Of a DNA stretch of 64,000 nucleotides, positions 47,955 through 59,267 are shown piece after piece. The stretch's first letter is position 1. Each line of letters begins with the position of its first letter. The stretch comes from Terriglobia bacterium (GTDB lineage Bacteria; Acidobacteriota; Terriglobia; Bryobacterales; UBA6623), in the NCBI GenBank assembly GCA_009838515.1, contig VXRL01000040.1:32949-96948 (forward strand), given 5' to 3'. The position numbers were made by a program, and so were the translations under genes. The notes under the pieces were generated by a model. The model was not told the DNA's origin, searched no databases, and saw only the letters and a list, made by a program, of their open reading frames with translations.

Positions 47955-49346
47955 ATGCCGACGGTTCGGTTGGCGGTTGGAATCGTGCCGAAGACCTTCT
48001 ACATCGAGACCTTTGGCTGTCAGATGAACGTCCATGACAGCGAGAAAGTCCGCGGCATGCTGGAAACACGGGGCTATTCCCAGGTGCCGACGCCCGACGA
48101 GGCCGGAATGCTGCTGTACAACACTTGCAGCATTCGAGACAAGGCCGAGCAGAAGGTCTTCTCGAGGCTGGCGGGCCTCAAGCGCAAGGCCGGCGGCAAG
48201 ACGGTCGGCGTGCTGGGCTGCGTGGCGCAACACAACGGCGAGGACATCTTCGACCACGCCCCGCACGTCGATTTCGTCTGCGGGTCGGCCAGCTACAACT
48301 CCCTGCCCGCGATCTTGGACCGCGTCGAGGCTGGCGAATCACGCGTCACCGGACTGGAACTGGACACCGACGAAACCTTTGACGTCCCATCCGTGGAACG
48401 CGACCGCCCGTACAGCGCCTATATCACGATCATCGAAGGCTGTGACAAGGAATGCACCTACTGCGTCGTACCATTCACCCGGGGGCCGGAACGAAGCCGT
48501 GCCAGCGAATCGGTGATGCGCGAAGCCAGAGATCTTGAAGCTCGTGGATACACCGAAATCACGCTACTCGGGCAGACCGTGAACAGCTATCGGGACCCGT
48601 CACCGGCACGCTGGAGCTTCGCGAGATTGCTGGACGAGATTGGCCAGCTGCCGCGCATCCGGCGGGTGCGGTTCACCACATCGCACCCGGCCGACTTCAC
48701 GCCCGATATCGTGCAGGCTATTGATCGCAACGAGTCGCTATGCGACTGGGTCCACTTGCCGGTCCAGTCAGGATCCACGGATGTCTTGCGAGGCATGCAG
48801 CGAACCTACAGCCGGGATGAGTACCTGCGCTGCATCGACATGCTCAAGGGCGCCGCTCGCACGATCGAGCTCAGCACGGACATCATCGTGGGATTTCCGG
48901 GCGAGACCGAGCGGGATTTCGAGCAGACTCTCTCCCTGCTCGACCAGGTTCAGTACGCCTCGGTCTTCTCGTTCAAGTACTCGCCGCGCCGGGGGACCGC
49001 AGCAGCAGGGCTGCCGCAGGTACCCGAAGAAGAAAAGAGCCGCCGCCTGCTAGTACTCCAAGAGCACCAGCGCCGCATCCAGCTCCGGCGCAACACCGCT
49101 CTCATCGGAGGGCTGCAAGAAGCACTGGTCGAGGGCCGCAAAGAGCGCTTCGAACAGTGGGTGGGCAGGACAACCCAGAACCGAGTGCTTAACTTTGCGG
49201 ATCCGTCCGGACTGGCTGGTGAGCGCGACCTGCGCGGCACGTACTGCCAAGTGCGCGTGACAGCGTCGGGGCCGAACTCGCTGGTCGGCGAGTTGGCGGA
49301 AGCCGTGCCCCAGCCAGCGTTCCAAGGGCTCCACGTTCTCAACTAA
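47955..49346 (+). CDS. miaB: tRNA-2-methylthio-N6-dimethylallyladenosine synthase
   Basis: FYIETFGCQMNVHDSEKVRGML (UPF0004 domain), radical-SAM CDKECTYCVVPFTRGPERSR, C-terminal TRAM-like end. Confidence 0.9.
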   Translation: MPTVRLAVGIVPKTFYIETFGCQMNVHDSEKVRGMLETRGYSQVPTPDEAGMLLYNTCSIRDKAEQKVFSRLAGLKRKAGGKTVGVLGCVAQHNGEDIFDHAPHVDFVCGSASYNSLPAILDRVEAGESRVTGLELDTDETFDVPSVERDRPYSAYITIIEGCDKECTYCVVPFTRGPERSRASESVMREARDLEARGYTEITLLGQTVNSYRDPSPARWSFARLLDEIGQLPRIRRVRFTTSHPADFTPDIVQAIDRNESLCDWVHLPVQSGSTDVLRGMQRTYSRDEYLRCIDMLKGAARTIELSTDIIVGFPGETERDFEQTLSLLDQVQYASVFSFKYSPRRGTAAAGLPQVPEEEKSRRLLVLQEHQRRIQLRRNTALIGGLQEALVEGRKERFEQWVGRTTQNRVLNFADPSGLAGERDLRGTYCQVRVTASGPNSLVGELAEAVPQPAFQGLHVLN

Positions 49347-49357
49347 AGGGGGAAGCG

Positions 49358-49846
49358 ATGCGGGAAATCGAGATGCGAATCTGCGGCCTGATGATGGATC
49401 CCATCACCAACATGCCCATCGTGGTCCTCAAGGATCTCCAGAACGAGACCGTGCTGCCAATCTGGATCGGCGTCTACGAAGCCAACGCCATCGCCTTGGA
49501 AATCGAGAAGGTCGCTACCCCCCGGCCGATGACGCACGACTTGGTGCGCAATATCCTGCTCGGCTTCGACGCCCAGCTGCGCAAGGTTGTGGTGACGGAA
49601 TTGAAGGACGACACCTTCTTCGCAGTGCTGTGGGTCGAGCGCGAGGGGCAGCTCTACGGTATCGACTCGCGCCCGAGCGACGCGTTGGCCCTGGCGCTGC
49701 GGCTGGACTGCCCGATCTGGGTGACAGACGATGTGATCGCGTCCTCGAAGCTCTCGCCCACGCTCAACGAAAAGGCAAACAGCGAGGAACTCCGCAAGTG
49801 GCTCGAGAATCTCGGCGAAGAGGATCTCGGCGAGTACAAGATGTAG
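49358..49846 (+). CDS. Bifunctional nuclease family protein (DUF151/BFN)
   Basis: ICGLMMDPITNMPIVVLKD...VLPIWIGVYEANAIALEIEKVATPRPMTHDL...IDSRPSDALALALR; starts 11 nt after the miaB stop. Confidence 0.8.
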   Translation: MREIEMRICGLMMDPITNMPIVVLKDLQNETVLPIWIGVYEANAIALEIEKVATPRPMTHDLVRNILLGFDAQLRKVVVTELKDDTFFAVLWVEREGQLYGIDSRPSDALALALRLDCPIWVTDDVIASSKLSPTLNEKANSEELRKWLENLGEEDLGEYKM

Positions 49847-49926
49847 CTCGACCCAAGCGCCGCTAGCAATCGCAGCGAGATTTCCGGAACGCCCTCAGGC
49901 CCCGTGCCCTGTTGTGGGGCAATGCC

Positions 49927-50868
49927 TCAGATTACAGGTCCGCGGTGTTCGCCCAGTTCGGCCGCCCTCCGCTTGCCTTCCGCCATGGCTTCGCTGAGCT
50001 CGGTCCCTTCAAGCGGCTTGAAGGCGTTGACCGTTGCGACGGCCTTTTCGAGCTCGGCCAGCGATTTCATGCCCATGATCGCCACGGACAGGCCGGGAAT
50101 CCCAAGCGCGTAACGGACGGACCGTCCGTAGTGAGGCTCGTCGGACAGGATCGCGCCGTCGCCCTGCGTACCGCCCAAGATCTTCATCGCGACGATCCCC
50201 ATGCCTCGCTCGGCCGCCTCTGAGAAGACCGTGCCCTCGAAGTCGTAGATTTGCCGGTCGATGCAGTTTACGGCAGCCATGACAACCTCGACGCGCCCCG
50301 AGCGCATGACCGGCAGGGCGCGGCGCGGCCGCAGGTGGCACGTCATGCCGACGTGCTTCACCAATCCTTGCCGCTTGAGCTCCTCCAAGGCCGCCAGGGC
50401 GCCGTCTTCGCCCAGCAGGATGTCCAAGCTCGGGAACCTGTCAGTCCGTCCGACATTGTGCAAGTGGACTAGGTCGAAATACTCCGCACGGGTCTTCTGC
50501 AGGCTCTCCTTGACCTGCCAAGTGGCGTCCTGCTTGGATGTCGCTTCCACCTTCGTTACTAGCACGAACTTGTCGCGCTTGCCCTTCAGGGCCGGGCCGA
50601 GGCGTCGTTCCGCCTGGTTGTAGATCGGCGCGGTGTCGAGGTAGTTCACGCCGTAGTCGCCGGCAGCCGCGATAACGTTGTTCACCTCGTCTTGGGACAC
50701 ACCCTTCTGGCCAAGCGGCCCAGTGCCGATGCCAAGGACACCGACTTCCAGCCCCGTCTTTCCCAACTGACGCTTACCGACCTGCGCGGCATGGGCTTCC
50801 GCCCCCGCTCCCAGCGCCCCAGCGATAGCCGCGCCCTTGCCAAGGTCCCGGCGTGTGATCCGTTCCAT
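49927..50868 (-). CDS. Aldo/keto reductase with twin-arginine signal
   Basis: ORF trimmed to the ATG at 50868 (GGAGGG upstream). MERITRRDLGKGAAIAGALGAGAEAHA. LGKTGLEVGVLGIG, YLDTAPIY, VHLHN. Confidence 0.85.
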   Translation of the reverse strand: MERITRRDLGKGAAIAGALGAGAEAHAAQVGKRQLGKTGLEVGVLGIGTGPLGQKGVSQDEVNNVIAAAGDYGVNYLDTAPIYNQAERRLGPALKGKRDKFVLVTKVEATSKQDATWQVKESLQKTRAEYFDLVHLHNVGRTDRFPSLDILLGEDGALAALEELKRQGLVKHVGMTCHLRPRRALPVMRSGRVEVVMAAVNCIDRQIYDFEGTVFSEAAERGMGIVAMKILGGTQGDGAILSDEPHYGRSVRYALGIPGLSVAIMGMKSLAELEKAVATVNAFKPLEGTELSEAMAEGKRRAAELGEHRGPVI

Positions 50869-51088
50869 GGAAACCCTCCGCCACCAGTGTAGCGATCTCG
50901 CTACGCGAAACGATACTGCACCGAATCGCCGGTCGCGGCTAGGCACCGTGGAGAGCAGAGCTGGAGTCGAGCTAGCAGATCGCTGATCATGCCATAGAGT
51001 TCAGGCTCCTGTGCCAACGGTGCGTTGAAGTGCGAGTCACGTGACGCTGCGGAGAAATCACAGAAATTCGCGGTCAAGCAATACTCTG

Positions 51089-51130
51089 TTGATGAGAAAA
51101 ACATCAAATTTTTCAGTGATTTATAATCAC
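51089..51130 (+). promoter_or_regulatory. AT-rich segment with two short inverted repeats and a perfect TATAAT upstream of lepB
   Basis: TTGATG-agaaaaa-CATCAA (51089-51107) and GTGAT-ttata-ATCAC (51116-51130). TATAAT at 51122-51127. Additional AATCAC/GTGATT copies near 51056 and 51146. Confidence 0.3.
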
Positions 51131-51292
51131 TTCCTCATGTGTTTTGTGATTGAATTGCCGACCTGTAAACACAATATCGACGCCAAGTTGGCATGTTGTG
51201 GTCGCGCTCCGCGCTGCGGCAACACGACTCCACACATCGCTAGAATTGGAAGTGGGCCGGGCGATCATCCCGGAACTTGCATTCCTGTCGCC

Positions 51293-51868
51293 ATGGATGT
51301 TGACTCGAACCGGCCGCCCAAAATGCCGCGGCCCGCTCCGCAGTGTCATCCGCCCCTTGGCATGAACCTGCGCGCTTGGCTCAGGGACATCCTGCTCTCG
51401 CTACTGATCGCGACCGCTGTAGTCGTATTCCTGTACCAGCCGGTCAAGGTCGAGGGTACCAGCATGCTCCCGCAGCTCGTCGACGAGCAGCGGATCTTCG
51501 TCAACAAGTTCGTCTATCGCCTCGACAACATCGAACGCGGCGACGTGGTCGTCTTCAAGCTGCCCGAGAATCGGGGCCGCTCGTACATCAAGCGCGTGGT
51601 CGGGCTGCCCGGCGAGACCGTCGAGGTCCGCAGGGGCAAGGTCTACGTAGACGGCCGCCTGATCAACGAGGAGCACGTCCCGCCGCACTACCGCGACTAC
51701 ACCAGCCATCCAAGCGTAACGGTCCCTCCGGACGAATATTACGTGCTGGGCGATCACCGCAACACCTCCAAGGACAGCCGTTCCTGGGGAACTGTGGCGC
51801 GGTCGCGAATTACAGGCAAGGCGGTTTTCGCCTATTGGCCGATCGAAAGGTTTGGTGCAGTCCGCTAG
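51293..51868 (+). CDS. lepB: Signal peptidase I
   Basis: EGTSMLPQL (catalytic Ser box), GDVVVFKLP...YIKRVVGLPGETV (Lys box), YYVLGDHRNTSKDSRSWG. Start uncertain: ATG at 51293 or 51362. The upstream part of ORF 51041.. lies in AT-rich non-coding-looking DNA. Confidence 0.85.
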   Translation: MDVDSNRPPKMPRPAPQCHPPLGMNLRAWLRDILLSLLIATAVVVFLYQPVKVEGTSMLPQLVDEQRIFVNKFVYRLDNIERGDVVVFKLPENRGRSYIKRVVGLPGETVEVRRGKVYVDGRLINEEHVPPHYRDYTSHPSVTVPPDEYYVLGDHRNTSKDSRSWGTVARSRITGKAVFAYWPIERFGAVR

Positions 51869-51886
51869 GCCTGGGAAACGCGATCC

Positions 51887-53017
51887 ATGAGCCTTCCAGC
51901 CACGCTCGCCCTCGAAGACGGGCGCTGTTTCCAGGGCCGCGGAGCCGGCGCTCGCGCCGAAGCATCCGGCGAGGTGGTCTTCAACACCGGTCTGACCGGC
52001 TACCAGGAGATCTTCACCGATCCGTCTTACAGCGGCCAGATCGTGGTGCTGACCTATCCGCATATCGGCAACTACGGCACCAACCCCGATGACAGCGAAT
52101 CCGAGCGGCCCTATATCGAGGGTCTGGTGGCGCGAGAGTTCTCGGCGGTTACCAGCAACTGGCGCTCTTTGCAGTCAGCCCACGAATTCCTGGCTTCGCG
52201 GGGCATTCCGATCATCACCGAGATCGACACTCGCGCCTTGGTGCGCCACATCCGGAAGCACGGGGCCTTGCGCGGAGTGCTCTCCACGCAAGGGACTGCC
52301 AGCGAAGAGCTGGTGGCCAAGGCGCGCTCGATTCCCAGCATGGCCGGCCAAGACCTGGCCAGCGGGGTGTCCACGGCCGATCGCTACAGCTGGACTGCCG
52401 GCCCGCCGGACTGCTTGCCATCCCCGCTTCCGAAGGCCGCCACGCGCGGCAGCTTTCACGTGGCGGCGTACGATTTCGGGATCAAGCGCAACATCCTGAG
52501 GCAGCTGGCAGATATAGGCGCGCGCGTCACCGTGGTGCCATGCGGGACCTCGTCCGAGGACGTTCTCAGCCTGAACCCGGACGGCGTGTTTGTCTCGAAC
52601 GGCCCGGGAGATCCCGAGCCGCTGCACGGCCCGGCCGCCGAGATCCGCAAGCTTGTCGGCCGCGTGCCGATCTTCGGCATCTGCCTGGGCCTGCAAGTGC
52701 TTGGCCAAGCCCTGGGCGGCAAGACCTACAAGCTCAAGTTCGGCCACCACGGGTGCAACCATCCCGTGCTCAACCTGATCACCAACAAGGTCGAAATCAC
52801 CTCCCAGAACCACGGCTTCGCGCTGGATCCGGACTCGCTCGCCCGGGAGGCCATCGAACTCACCCACATCAATCTCAACGACCGCACCGTCGAGGGCTTC
52901 CGTAGCCGCAAAGACCCGCTGTTCTGCGTCCAGTACCACCCGGAAGCGGCACCCGGGCCGCACGATTCCCAGTACCTGTTCGAGGACTTCCGCCAATTGA
53001 TGGACGCCGCGCGCTGA
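51887..53017 (+). CDS. carA: Carbamoyl-phosphate synthase small (glutaminase) subunit
   Basis: FNTGLTGYQEIFTDPSYSGQIVVLTYPHIGNYG, GPGDPE, FGICLGLQ (nucleophile Cys), QYHPEAAPGPHD. Confidence 0.95.
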   Translation: MSLPATLALEDGRCFQGRGAGARAEASGEVVFNTGLTGYQEIFTDPSYSGQIVVLTYPHIGNYGTNPDDSESERPYIEGLVAREFSAVTSNWRSLQSAHEFLASRGIPIITEIDTRALVRHIRKHGALRGVLSTQGTASEELVAKARSIPSMAGQDLASGVSTADRYSWTAGPPDCLPSPLPKAATRGSFHVAAYDFGIKRNILRQLADIGARVTVVPCGTSSEDVLSLNPDGVFVSNGPGDPEPLHGPAAEIRKLVGRVPIFGICLGLQVLGQALGGKTYKLKFGHHGCNHPVLNLITNKVEITSQNHGFALDPDSLAREAIELTHINLNDRTVEGFRSRKDPLFCVQYHPEAAPGPHDSQYLFEDFRQLMDAAR

Positions 53018-53058
53018 GACCTTGAATCCTTCGCAACTCCGCCTCCCTGCCTGCCGCA

Positions 53059-56000
53059 ATGCCGAAACGCACTGACATCGAGAAAATCATGATCGTGGGC
53101 TCTGGGCCCATCGTCATCGGTCAGGCGTGCGAATTCGACTATTCCGGCACGCAGGCCTGCAAGGCATTGCGGGACGAGGGTTACCAGACTGTGCTGGTCA
53201 ACTCCAATCCCGCCACGATCATGACCGATCCGGAGCTGGCCGAGCAGACCTACATCGAGCCGCTGACCACGGAATACCTGCGCTCGATCATAGCCCGCGA
53301 GCGGCCGCAGGCCCTGCTCTCCACCGTCGGCGGCCAAACCGGCCTGAATGCCTCAGTGGCGCTGGCAGAGGCCGGTGTGCTGGACGAATTCGGGGTCGAG
53401 CTGATCGGAGCCAACCTCGAAGCGATCCGCAAGGCTGAGGATCGCCAAGCGTTCAAGGCAGCGATGACCGAGATCGGGCTCGAAGTGCCCCGCTCGCGGT
53501 TAGTCTCGAATGTCGAAGATGGCCTAGATTTCGCGTCGGAGGTGGGCTATCCCGTCGTGCTACGCCCGAGCTTTACCCTTGGCGGCACCGGAGGCGGCTT
53601 GGCTTACAACTCCGAGGAGATGCACTCCCTGCTGCGGCGGGGCCTGGAACTCTCGCCGGTCCACGAGGTGCTGGTCGAAGAGAGTGTGCTGGGCTGGAAG
53701 GAATACGAGATGGAGGTGATGCGAGATCTGGCCGACAACGCGATCATCATCTGCTCCATCGAGAACTTCGACGCGATGGGCGTGCATACGGGTGATTCGA
53801 TCACGGTGGCACCTGCCCAGACCTTGACGGACCGCGAATACCAGCTCATGCGCGACGCCTCGCTTGCCTGCCTGCGCAAGATTGGCGTCGATACCGGCGG
53901 CTCCAACGTCCAGTTCTGCGTCGACCCGCAGACGGGCCGCATGCTGATCATCGAGATGAATCCGCGCGTTTCCCGCAGTTCGGCCCTGGCATCCAAGGCG
54001 ACCGGCTTTCCGATCGCCAAGATCGCGGCCAAGCTAGCTGTCGGACTGCGCTTGGACGAGATCCCCAACGACATCACGCAGAAGACGCCGGCCAGCTTCG
54101 AGCCCAGCATTGACTACGTCGTGGTCAAAGTGCCTAAGTGGCAATTCGAGAAGTTCCCGGGCACTGAGCCCGTGCTCGGCGTGCAAATGAAGTCGATCGG
54201 CGAAGTCATGGCCATCGGCTCGACGTTCAAGCACTCTCTGTGGAAGGCCATCCGGTCCCTAGAGACTGGCCGTAAGTCGGGCAGCGATGTCTATAGCGCC
54301 GACCTGATCCCCAAGCGTCTAATCACGCCCCACCCGGACCGCCTGAACTACATCCGTTTCGCGTTGGCTGAAGGCCACGGTGTCGATGAGGTCTGCGAAA
54401 TGACCGGCATCGACCCATGGTTCGTCTCCCAGCTCAAGTCCGTAGTCGACCTGCAGCAAGACCTTGCCCAGACCAGTCTGGACGAGGTGTCCCCCGCCCA
54501 GTTGACCCTAGCGAAGCGCTGCGGCCTGTCCGACAACCGACTGGCCCGCCTGTGGAACGAAACCGAGACTGCCGTGCGCAACCGGCGCAAGGAGTGGGGG
54601 ATTCGGGCGGTGTTCAAGCGCGTCGACACGTGCGCGGCCGAATTCGAAAGCTTCACGCCGTACCTGTACTCGGTCTACGAGGAAGAATCCGAGGCGGAGC
54701 CGACGGACAGGCGCAAGATCATGATCCTAGGCTCTGGGCCCAACCGCATCGGGCAAGGGATCGAGTTCGACTATTGCTGCTGCCACGCCTCATTCGCCCT
54801 GCAAGACTTGGGCTACGAGTCAATCATGGTCAACTGCAATCCGGAGACCGTGTCGACCGACTACGACACCAGCGACCGGCTGTATTTCGAGCCCCTCACT
54901 CTCGAGAACGTGCTCAACATCTGCGACGAGGAAAAGCCCGACGGGCTGATCGTTCAGTTCGGCGGCCAGACTCCACTGACTCTGGCGTTGCCGCTAAAGG
55001 CACACGGCATTCCCATCATCGGCACGGATCCCGAGTCAATCGACCTCGCGGAGGACCGGGACCGTTTCGGACGGCTGCTGATGGAGTTGGACATCCCCCA
55101 GCCGGCGGGCAGCACGGCCACGACCCAAGAAGGCGCCTTGGAAGCAGCCAAGCAGATCGGCTATCCGGTTCTAGTGCGGCCCAGTTACGTCTTGGGCGGG
55201 CGCGCCATGGTGATCGCGTACGACGGCGCCACCGTCGAGAGCTACATGCGTGATGCGGTCGTGTATTCCCAAGATCGGCCGATCCTGATCGACAGGTTCC
55301 TTGAGAACGCCCTCGAAGTGGATGTGGACGCGCTTTGTGACGGCGATGAAGTGGTGATCGGCGGGATTATGGAGCACATCGAGGAAGCCGGCGTGCACTC
55401 TGGCGACAGCTCCTGTGTGCTGCCGGCGCAGACCATCCCCGACAACACGCTCGAGACCATCGCGGACTACACGGTGCGGCTGGCAAAGGCCCTCAACGTC
55501 ATCGGGCTGGTGAACGTGCAGTATGCGGTCCACGAAGGCCGGGTCTATGTGATCGAGGTCAACCCGCGCGCCTCGCGAACCGTGCCCTATGTGAGCAAGG
55601 CCACCGGAGTGCCGCTGGCGAAGATCGCGGTGGGATTGATGACCGGGCGCAAGCTCGCCGACTACGGGCTCAGCCAAGGTGTTCTAGCAACGACGAAGGT
55701 GTGCGTCAAATCCCCCGTGTTCCCGTTCAACAAGTTCAGTGGGGTGGATCCCCTGCTCGGACCGGAGATGCGCTCGACGGGCGAGGTCATGGGGATCGGG
55801 TCATCCTTCGGCGAAGCCTTCGCGAAGGCGCAGCTCAGCGCCGGCCAAATGCTGCCGGACAGCGGATCCGTGTTTCTTAGCGTGAACTCGCGACAGAAGG
55901 CCGCTGGCGTGGAAATGGGCCGCAAGTTTGCCGATCTCGGCTTCGAGATCTACGCGACGCGCGGGACTGCGAAGGCACTGCGCAACGCGGGCTTGCGGTG

Positions 56001-56277
56001 CCGCACCGTGCTGAAAGTGGCCGAGGGGCGGCCGAACGTGCTGGATCTGATCGCGGATCGCAGAGTCGACCTGATCGTGAACACGCCATCGGGCGCTCAT
56101 GCCTTCGCGGACGAGAAGAAGATCCGGAGCGCAGCCATCCAGCAGGGAATTCCGAGCATGACCACTCTCAACGCCGCCAAGGCCGCTGTGAACGGGATCG
56201 CGGCCCGGAAGCTTCGCGAGCCGGGCGTGCTCTCGCTGCAGGATCTCCACGCCAAGGCCGAAACAGTCCCAGCGTAG
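53059..56277 (+). CDS. carB: Carbamoyl-phosphate synthase large subunit
   Basis: [25 protein letters not shown], duplicated ATP-grasp halves (second: [22 protein letters not shown]), [37 protein letters not shown]-like C-terminus. Confidence 0.95.
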   Translation: MPKRTDIEKIMIVGSGPIVIGQACEFDYSGTQACKALRDEGYQTVLVNSNPATIMTDPELAEQTYIEPLTTEYLRSIIARERPQALLSTVGGQTGLNASVALAEAGVLDEFGVELIGANLEAIRKAEDRQAFKAAMTEIGLEVPRSRLVSNVEDGLDFASEVGYPVVLRPSFTLGGTGGGLAYNSEEMHSLLRRGLELSPVHEVLVEESVLGWKEYEMEVMRDLADNAIIICSIENFDAMGVHTGDSITVAPAQTLTDREYQLMRDASLACLRKIGVDTGGSNVQFCVDPQTGRMLIIEMNPRVSRSSALASKATGFPIAKIAAKLAVGLRLDEIPNDITQKTPASFEPSIDYVVVKVPKWQFEKFPGTEPVLGVQMKSIGEVMAIGSTFKHSLWKAIRSLETGRKSGSDVYSADLIPKRLITPHPDRLNYIRFALAEGHGVDEVCEMTGIDPWFVSQLKSVVDLQQDLAQTSLDEVSPAQLTLAKRCGLSDNRLARLWNETETAVRNRRKEWGIRAVFKRVDTCAAEFESFTPYLYSVYEEESEAEPTDRRKIMILGSGPNRIGQGIEFDYCCCHASFALQDLGYESIMVNCNPETVSTDYDTSDRLYFEPLTLENVLNICDEEKPDGLIVQFGGQTPLTLALPLKAHGIPIIGTDPESIDLAEDRDRFGRLLMELDIPQPAGSTATTQEGALEAAKQIGYPVLVRPSYVLGGRAMVIAYDGATVESYMRDAVVYSQDRPILIDRFLENALEVDVDALCDGDEVVIGGIMEHIEEAGVHSGDSSCVLPAQTIPDNTLETIADYTVRLAKALNVIGLVNVQYAVHEGRVYVIEVNPRASRTVPYVSKATGVPLAKIAVGLMTGRKLADYGLSQGVLATTKVCVKSPVFPFNKFSGVDPLLGPEMRSTGEVMGIGSSFGEAFAKAQLSAGQMLPDSGSVFLSVNSRQKAAGVEMGRKFADLGFEIYATRGTAKALRNAGLRCRTVLKVAEGRPNVLDLIADRRVDLIVNTPSGAHAFADEKKIRSAAIQQGIPSMTTLNAAKAAVNGIAARKLREPGVLSLQDLHAKAETVPA

Positions 56278-56351
56278 GGGCACCAGCGGCCTTCCGCGCC
56301 CATTCCAAGTGGGTCGGGATGCCGAATTCGTGCACCCTACAATGGTCCTCT

Positions 56352-57902
56352 ATGGCGGCGATCCGGCGGGTCCTTCTCAGCGTTACCGACAAGCAAGGCG
56401 TAGTCGAATTTGGCCGTCAACTGGCTGATCTCGGAGTGGAGCTGATCTCGACGGGCGGCACTGCCCGGGTGCTCCGCGAATCCGGCCTTGCGGTTCGCGA
56501 CGTTGCGGACGTGACCGGCTTCCCTGAAATGTTGGACGGGCGCGTCAAGACACTCCATCCGCGCGTAGCAGGCGGAATCCTGGCCGTGCGCTCGAATGCC
56601 GAGCACATGCAAGCCCTGAAGTCGCACGAGATCGAAACCATCGACATGGTCGTGGTCAATCTCTACGCGTTTGAAGCGACAGCCGCCAAGGAAGGTGCGA
56701 CTTTCGACGAGTTGATCGAGAACATCGATATCGGCGGCCCCTCTTTGATCCGGGCCGCGGCCAAGAACTTCCGCGACGTTGCGGTGGTCACCGATCCGTC
56801 CGACTACCAGGCGATCGGCGCGGAACTCGCCGCAGCTGGGTCCCTGACCGAGGAGACCCTCTGGAAGCTAGCCCAGAAGGCATTCGAAGCGACGGCCAGT
56901 TACGACCGGGCGATTGCCGGAACGCTCGGCGCCCTGCGGGCCGGGGATGCCCCGGCGAGCATCGCAGAAGAACTCGCGCCCCCGATCTTGGATCTCCGCG
57001 TGCCGCGCAAGCAGGTATTGCGCTACGGCGAGAACCCCCATCAGCAAGCAGCGCTGTACAGCGATGGCCGCTCTGGTGTCGGAGGCGCACGCCAGCTGCA
57101 CGGCAAGGAGCTCTCGTACAACAACCTCGTGGACCTTGACGCGTCCTGGCAGCTGGCATGCGAGTTCGACCAGCCGGCGGTGGCGATCATCAAGCACACC
57201 AATCCGTGCGGCTGCGCCGAGGCCGATTCGCTGGCAGAGGCCTACCGCAAGGCCTTGGCGTGCGATCCAGTGTCAGCCTTCGGGTCGGTGATCGCCGTCA
57301 GCAGGGCGGTAGATCGCGAAACGGCCGAAGAGATGTCCAAGCTGTTTGTCGAGGCCATTGCAGCGCCGGGCTTCGAGCCGGAGGCCCTCGAACTGCTGCA
57401 AGCCAAGAAGAACATCAGGCTGCTCCAGATCGGCTCCCCCGCCCCCGGCACCGTCGTGAAGAGTATCTCGGGCGGCTTTCTGGTTCAGAGCGAGGACCGG
57501 CCCGAGACCAGCCCGGATCGCTTCGAAGCCGTGAGCCAGCGTCCGCCGTCCGACGCCGAAGCCCAAGCGTTGCGCTTCGCGTGGAAGGTTGCCAAGCACG
57601 TCAAGTCCAACGCCATCCTCTACGCTCGCGACGGGCAGGCGCTCGGAGTGGGCGCCGGTCAGATGAGCCGTGTGGACGCCGCCCGCCTCGGTGCCATGAA
57701 GGCCGCTCTGCCCCTCGAGGGATGCGTGGTTGCGTCGGATGCGTTCTTTCCCTTCGCGGATGGAGTGGAAGAGATTGCCAGCCACGGTGCGACGGCCGTG
57801 ATCCAGCCTGGCGGCTCGCGGCGGGACGCCGAGGTGATCGAAGCGGCCGATCGTCTCGGCTTGGCCATGGTGTTCACGGGCGTGCGGCACTTCCGTCACT
57901 GA
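56352..57902 (+). CDS. purH: Bifunctional AICAR transformylase / IMP cyclohydrolase
   Basis: ORF 55998.. trimmed to the ATG at 56352 (the upstream part overlaps carB). [16 protein letters not shown]...[52 protein letters not shown]. Confidence 0.95.
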   Translation: MAAIRRVLLSVTDKQGVVEFGRQLADLGVELISTGGTARVLRESGLAVRDVADVTGFPEMLDGRVKTLHPRVAGGILAVRSNAEHMQALKSHEIETIDMVVVNLYAFEATAAKEGATFDELIENIDIGGPSLIRAAAKNFRDVAVVTDPSDYQAIGAELAAAGSLTEETLWKLAQKAFEATASYDRAIAGTLGALRAGDAPASIAEELAPPILDLRVPRKQVLRYGENPHQQAALYSDGRSGVGGARQLHGKELSYNNLVDLDASWQLACEFDQPAVAIIKHTNPCGCAEADSLAEAYRKALACDPVSAFGSVIAVSRAVDRETAEEMSKLFVEAIAAPGFEPEALELLQAKKNIRLLQIGSPAPGTVVKSISGGFLVQSEDRPETSPDRFEAVSQRPPSDAEAQALRFAWKVAKHVKSNAILYARDGQALGVGAGQMSRVDAARLGAMKAALPLEGCVVASDAFFPFADGVEEIASHGATAVIQPGGSRRDAEVIEAADRLGLAMVFTGVRHFRH

Positions 57903-57961
57903 ATCGGTTCCGGTCGCTGTCCCTATCCGAACCGCGGGCGCTATAGACTGATCCATGAACC

Positions 57962-59251
57962 ATGCATTGCCTGAAGCCTCCCCTCCGTCCGGCCGGGCTC
58001 ACTAGGAGGGACTTGCTGCGGGTCGCCGCAGCCTCGGCCGCACCCGTGCTCAGCCCCCAGGGCACGCTTGCTGCCGCTCGGGAGAAGGCCGCACCCCTCG
58101 ACTTGCGTGTCACGGACCTGAAGTCGTGGATAGTCAACCACTCAACAAGCAAGAATTACGTCTTTTGCAAGATCTACACCAACCAGGGCATCGTCGGTGT
58201 CGGCGAGGGATCGGTCACGTCCAAGGCGGCCACCATGAAGGCGGCGATCGACGAGCACCGGAGATACCTAGTCGGCCTGGACCCGACGGACATCGAAATG
58301 CACTGGCAGGCGATGTACCGCTGGCCGAGATGGCGGGGCGGCCCTATCCTCAATTCCGCGATCAGCGCGATCGAAATTGCGCTCTGGGACATTCTCGGCC
58401 AGGCAGTCGGCCAGCCGATCTACCAGCTGATCGGGGGCAAGGCCCGGACCCGGGTCCAGATGTACGTGCACCCGGGCGGCGGCCCGACGCCCGAGGCCTA
58501 TGCCGAACGATGGGTCGCGGCCCGCGAGGCTGGCTGGACCGCCGGAAAGGGCAGCTTCGTCACAACTCACGACGACGTGATCGAGCCGGTGCGTTCGGTC
58601 AGGGAAGGCATAGCCAACCTGAGGGCCGTGCGCGAGGCGGTCGGCGATGCCTTCGCGATCTGCATCGACGTGCACGGCAAGGCAACGCCGACCATGGCGA
58701 GCTCGTTCTGCAGGCAGGCCGAGCCGCTGGACCCTTACTTCGTGGAGGAGGCGACCCAGATCGAGGATTTGGAGGAGCTGGCGCGGCTGCGCTCGATGAC
58801 AACCATACCGCTCGCCACGGGGGAGAGGCTGTTCACCAAGTACGGCTTCTCCCAAATTTGCCACAGGCACCTTGTCGACTACATCCAGCCGGACGTGGTG
58901 CATTGCGGTGGGATTCTCGAGCTGAAGAAGATCGCCGCGATCGCCGAGGCGAACCGCATCGAGCTATGCCCGCACAATCCGCAGAGCGAGATATCGACGC
59001 TGGCCTCGCTGCACGTGGACTTCTCGACGCCGAACTTCGCGATCCAGGAGATCTCGTCCGGGAAGAGGGCTCCGTTCTGGGACGATTTCTTCCTCGGGGG
59101 CGGACCCCGCTACGAGGACGGATTCGCGCTGCCGCCGGACAGTCCGGGTCTGGGCGTGACGTTCGACGAGAAGGTCGGCGAGCGCCGGCCGTACGTCCCG
59201 GTGACTCGCCAGCAGCTGCGATTCCCGGACGGCGGAGTCGCGGACCACTGA
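57962..59251 (+). CDS. Enolase-superfamily (mandelate racemase/muconate lactonizing enzyme family) dehydratase-like protein with Tat-type signal
   Basis: LTRRDLLRVAAASAAPVLS. Capping domain VFCKIYTNQGIVGVGEG. Metal ligands CIDVHGK, FVEEATQ, ATGERLF. General base region QPDVVHCGGI. Confidence 0.85.
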   Translation: MHCLKPPLRPAGLTRRDLLRVAAASAAPVLSPQGTLAAAREKAAPLDLRVTDLKSWIVNHSTSKNYVFCKIYTNQGIVGVGEGSVTSKAATMKAAIDEHRRYLVGLDPTDIEMHWQAMYRWPRWRGGPILNSAISAIEIALWDILGQAVGQPIYQLIGGKARTRVQMYVHPGGGPTPEAYAERWVAAREAGWTAGKGSFVTTHDDVIEPVRSVREGIANLRAVREAVGDAFAICIDVHGKATPTMASSFCRQAEPLDPYFVEEATQIEDLEELARLRSMTTIPLATGERLFTKYGFSQICHRHLVDYIQPDVVHCGGILELKKIAAIAEANRIELCPHNPQSEISTLASLHVDFSTPNFAIQEISSGKRAPFWDDFFLGGGPRYEDGFALPPDSPGLGVTFDEKVGERRPYVPVTRQQLRFPDGGVADH

Positions 59252-59267
59252 GCGCAATGGTCGCCGT

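Noticed and set aside
55998-56351. 118-codon N-terminal extension of the purH ORF overlapping the carB 3' end
   Set aside because: The extension is Arg/Ser/Gly-rich, out of frame within carB, and has no PurH similarity. The conserved PurH N-terminus ([12 protein letters not shown]) begins right after the ATG at 56352.
56278-56351. Possible ZTP (pfl) riboswitch upstream of purH
   Set aside because: The spacer is only ~74 nt, and I could not find the conserved pfl sub-domains or pseudoknot sequences. purH is probably co-transcribed with carB.
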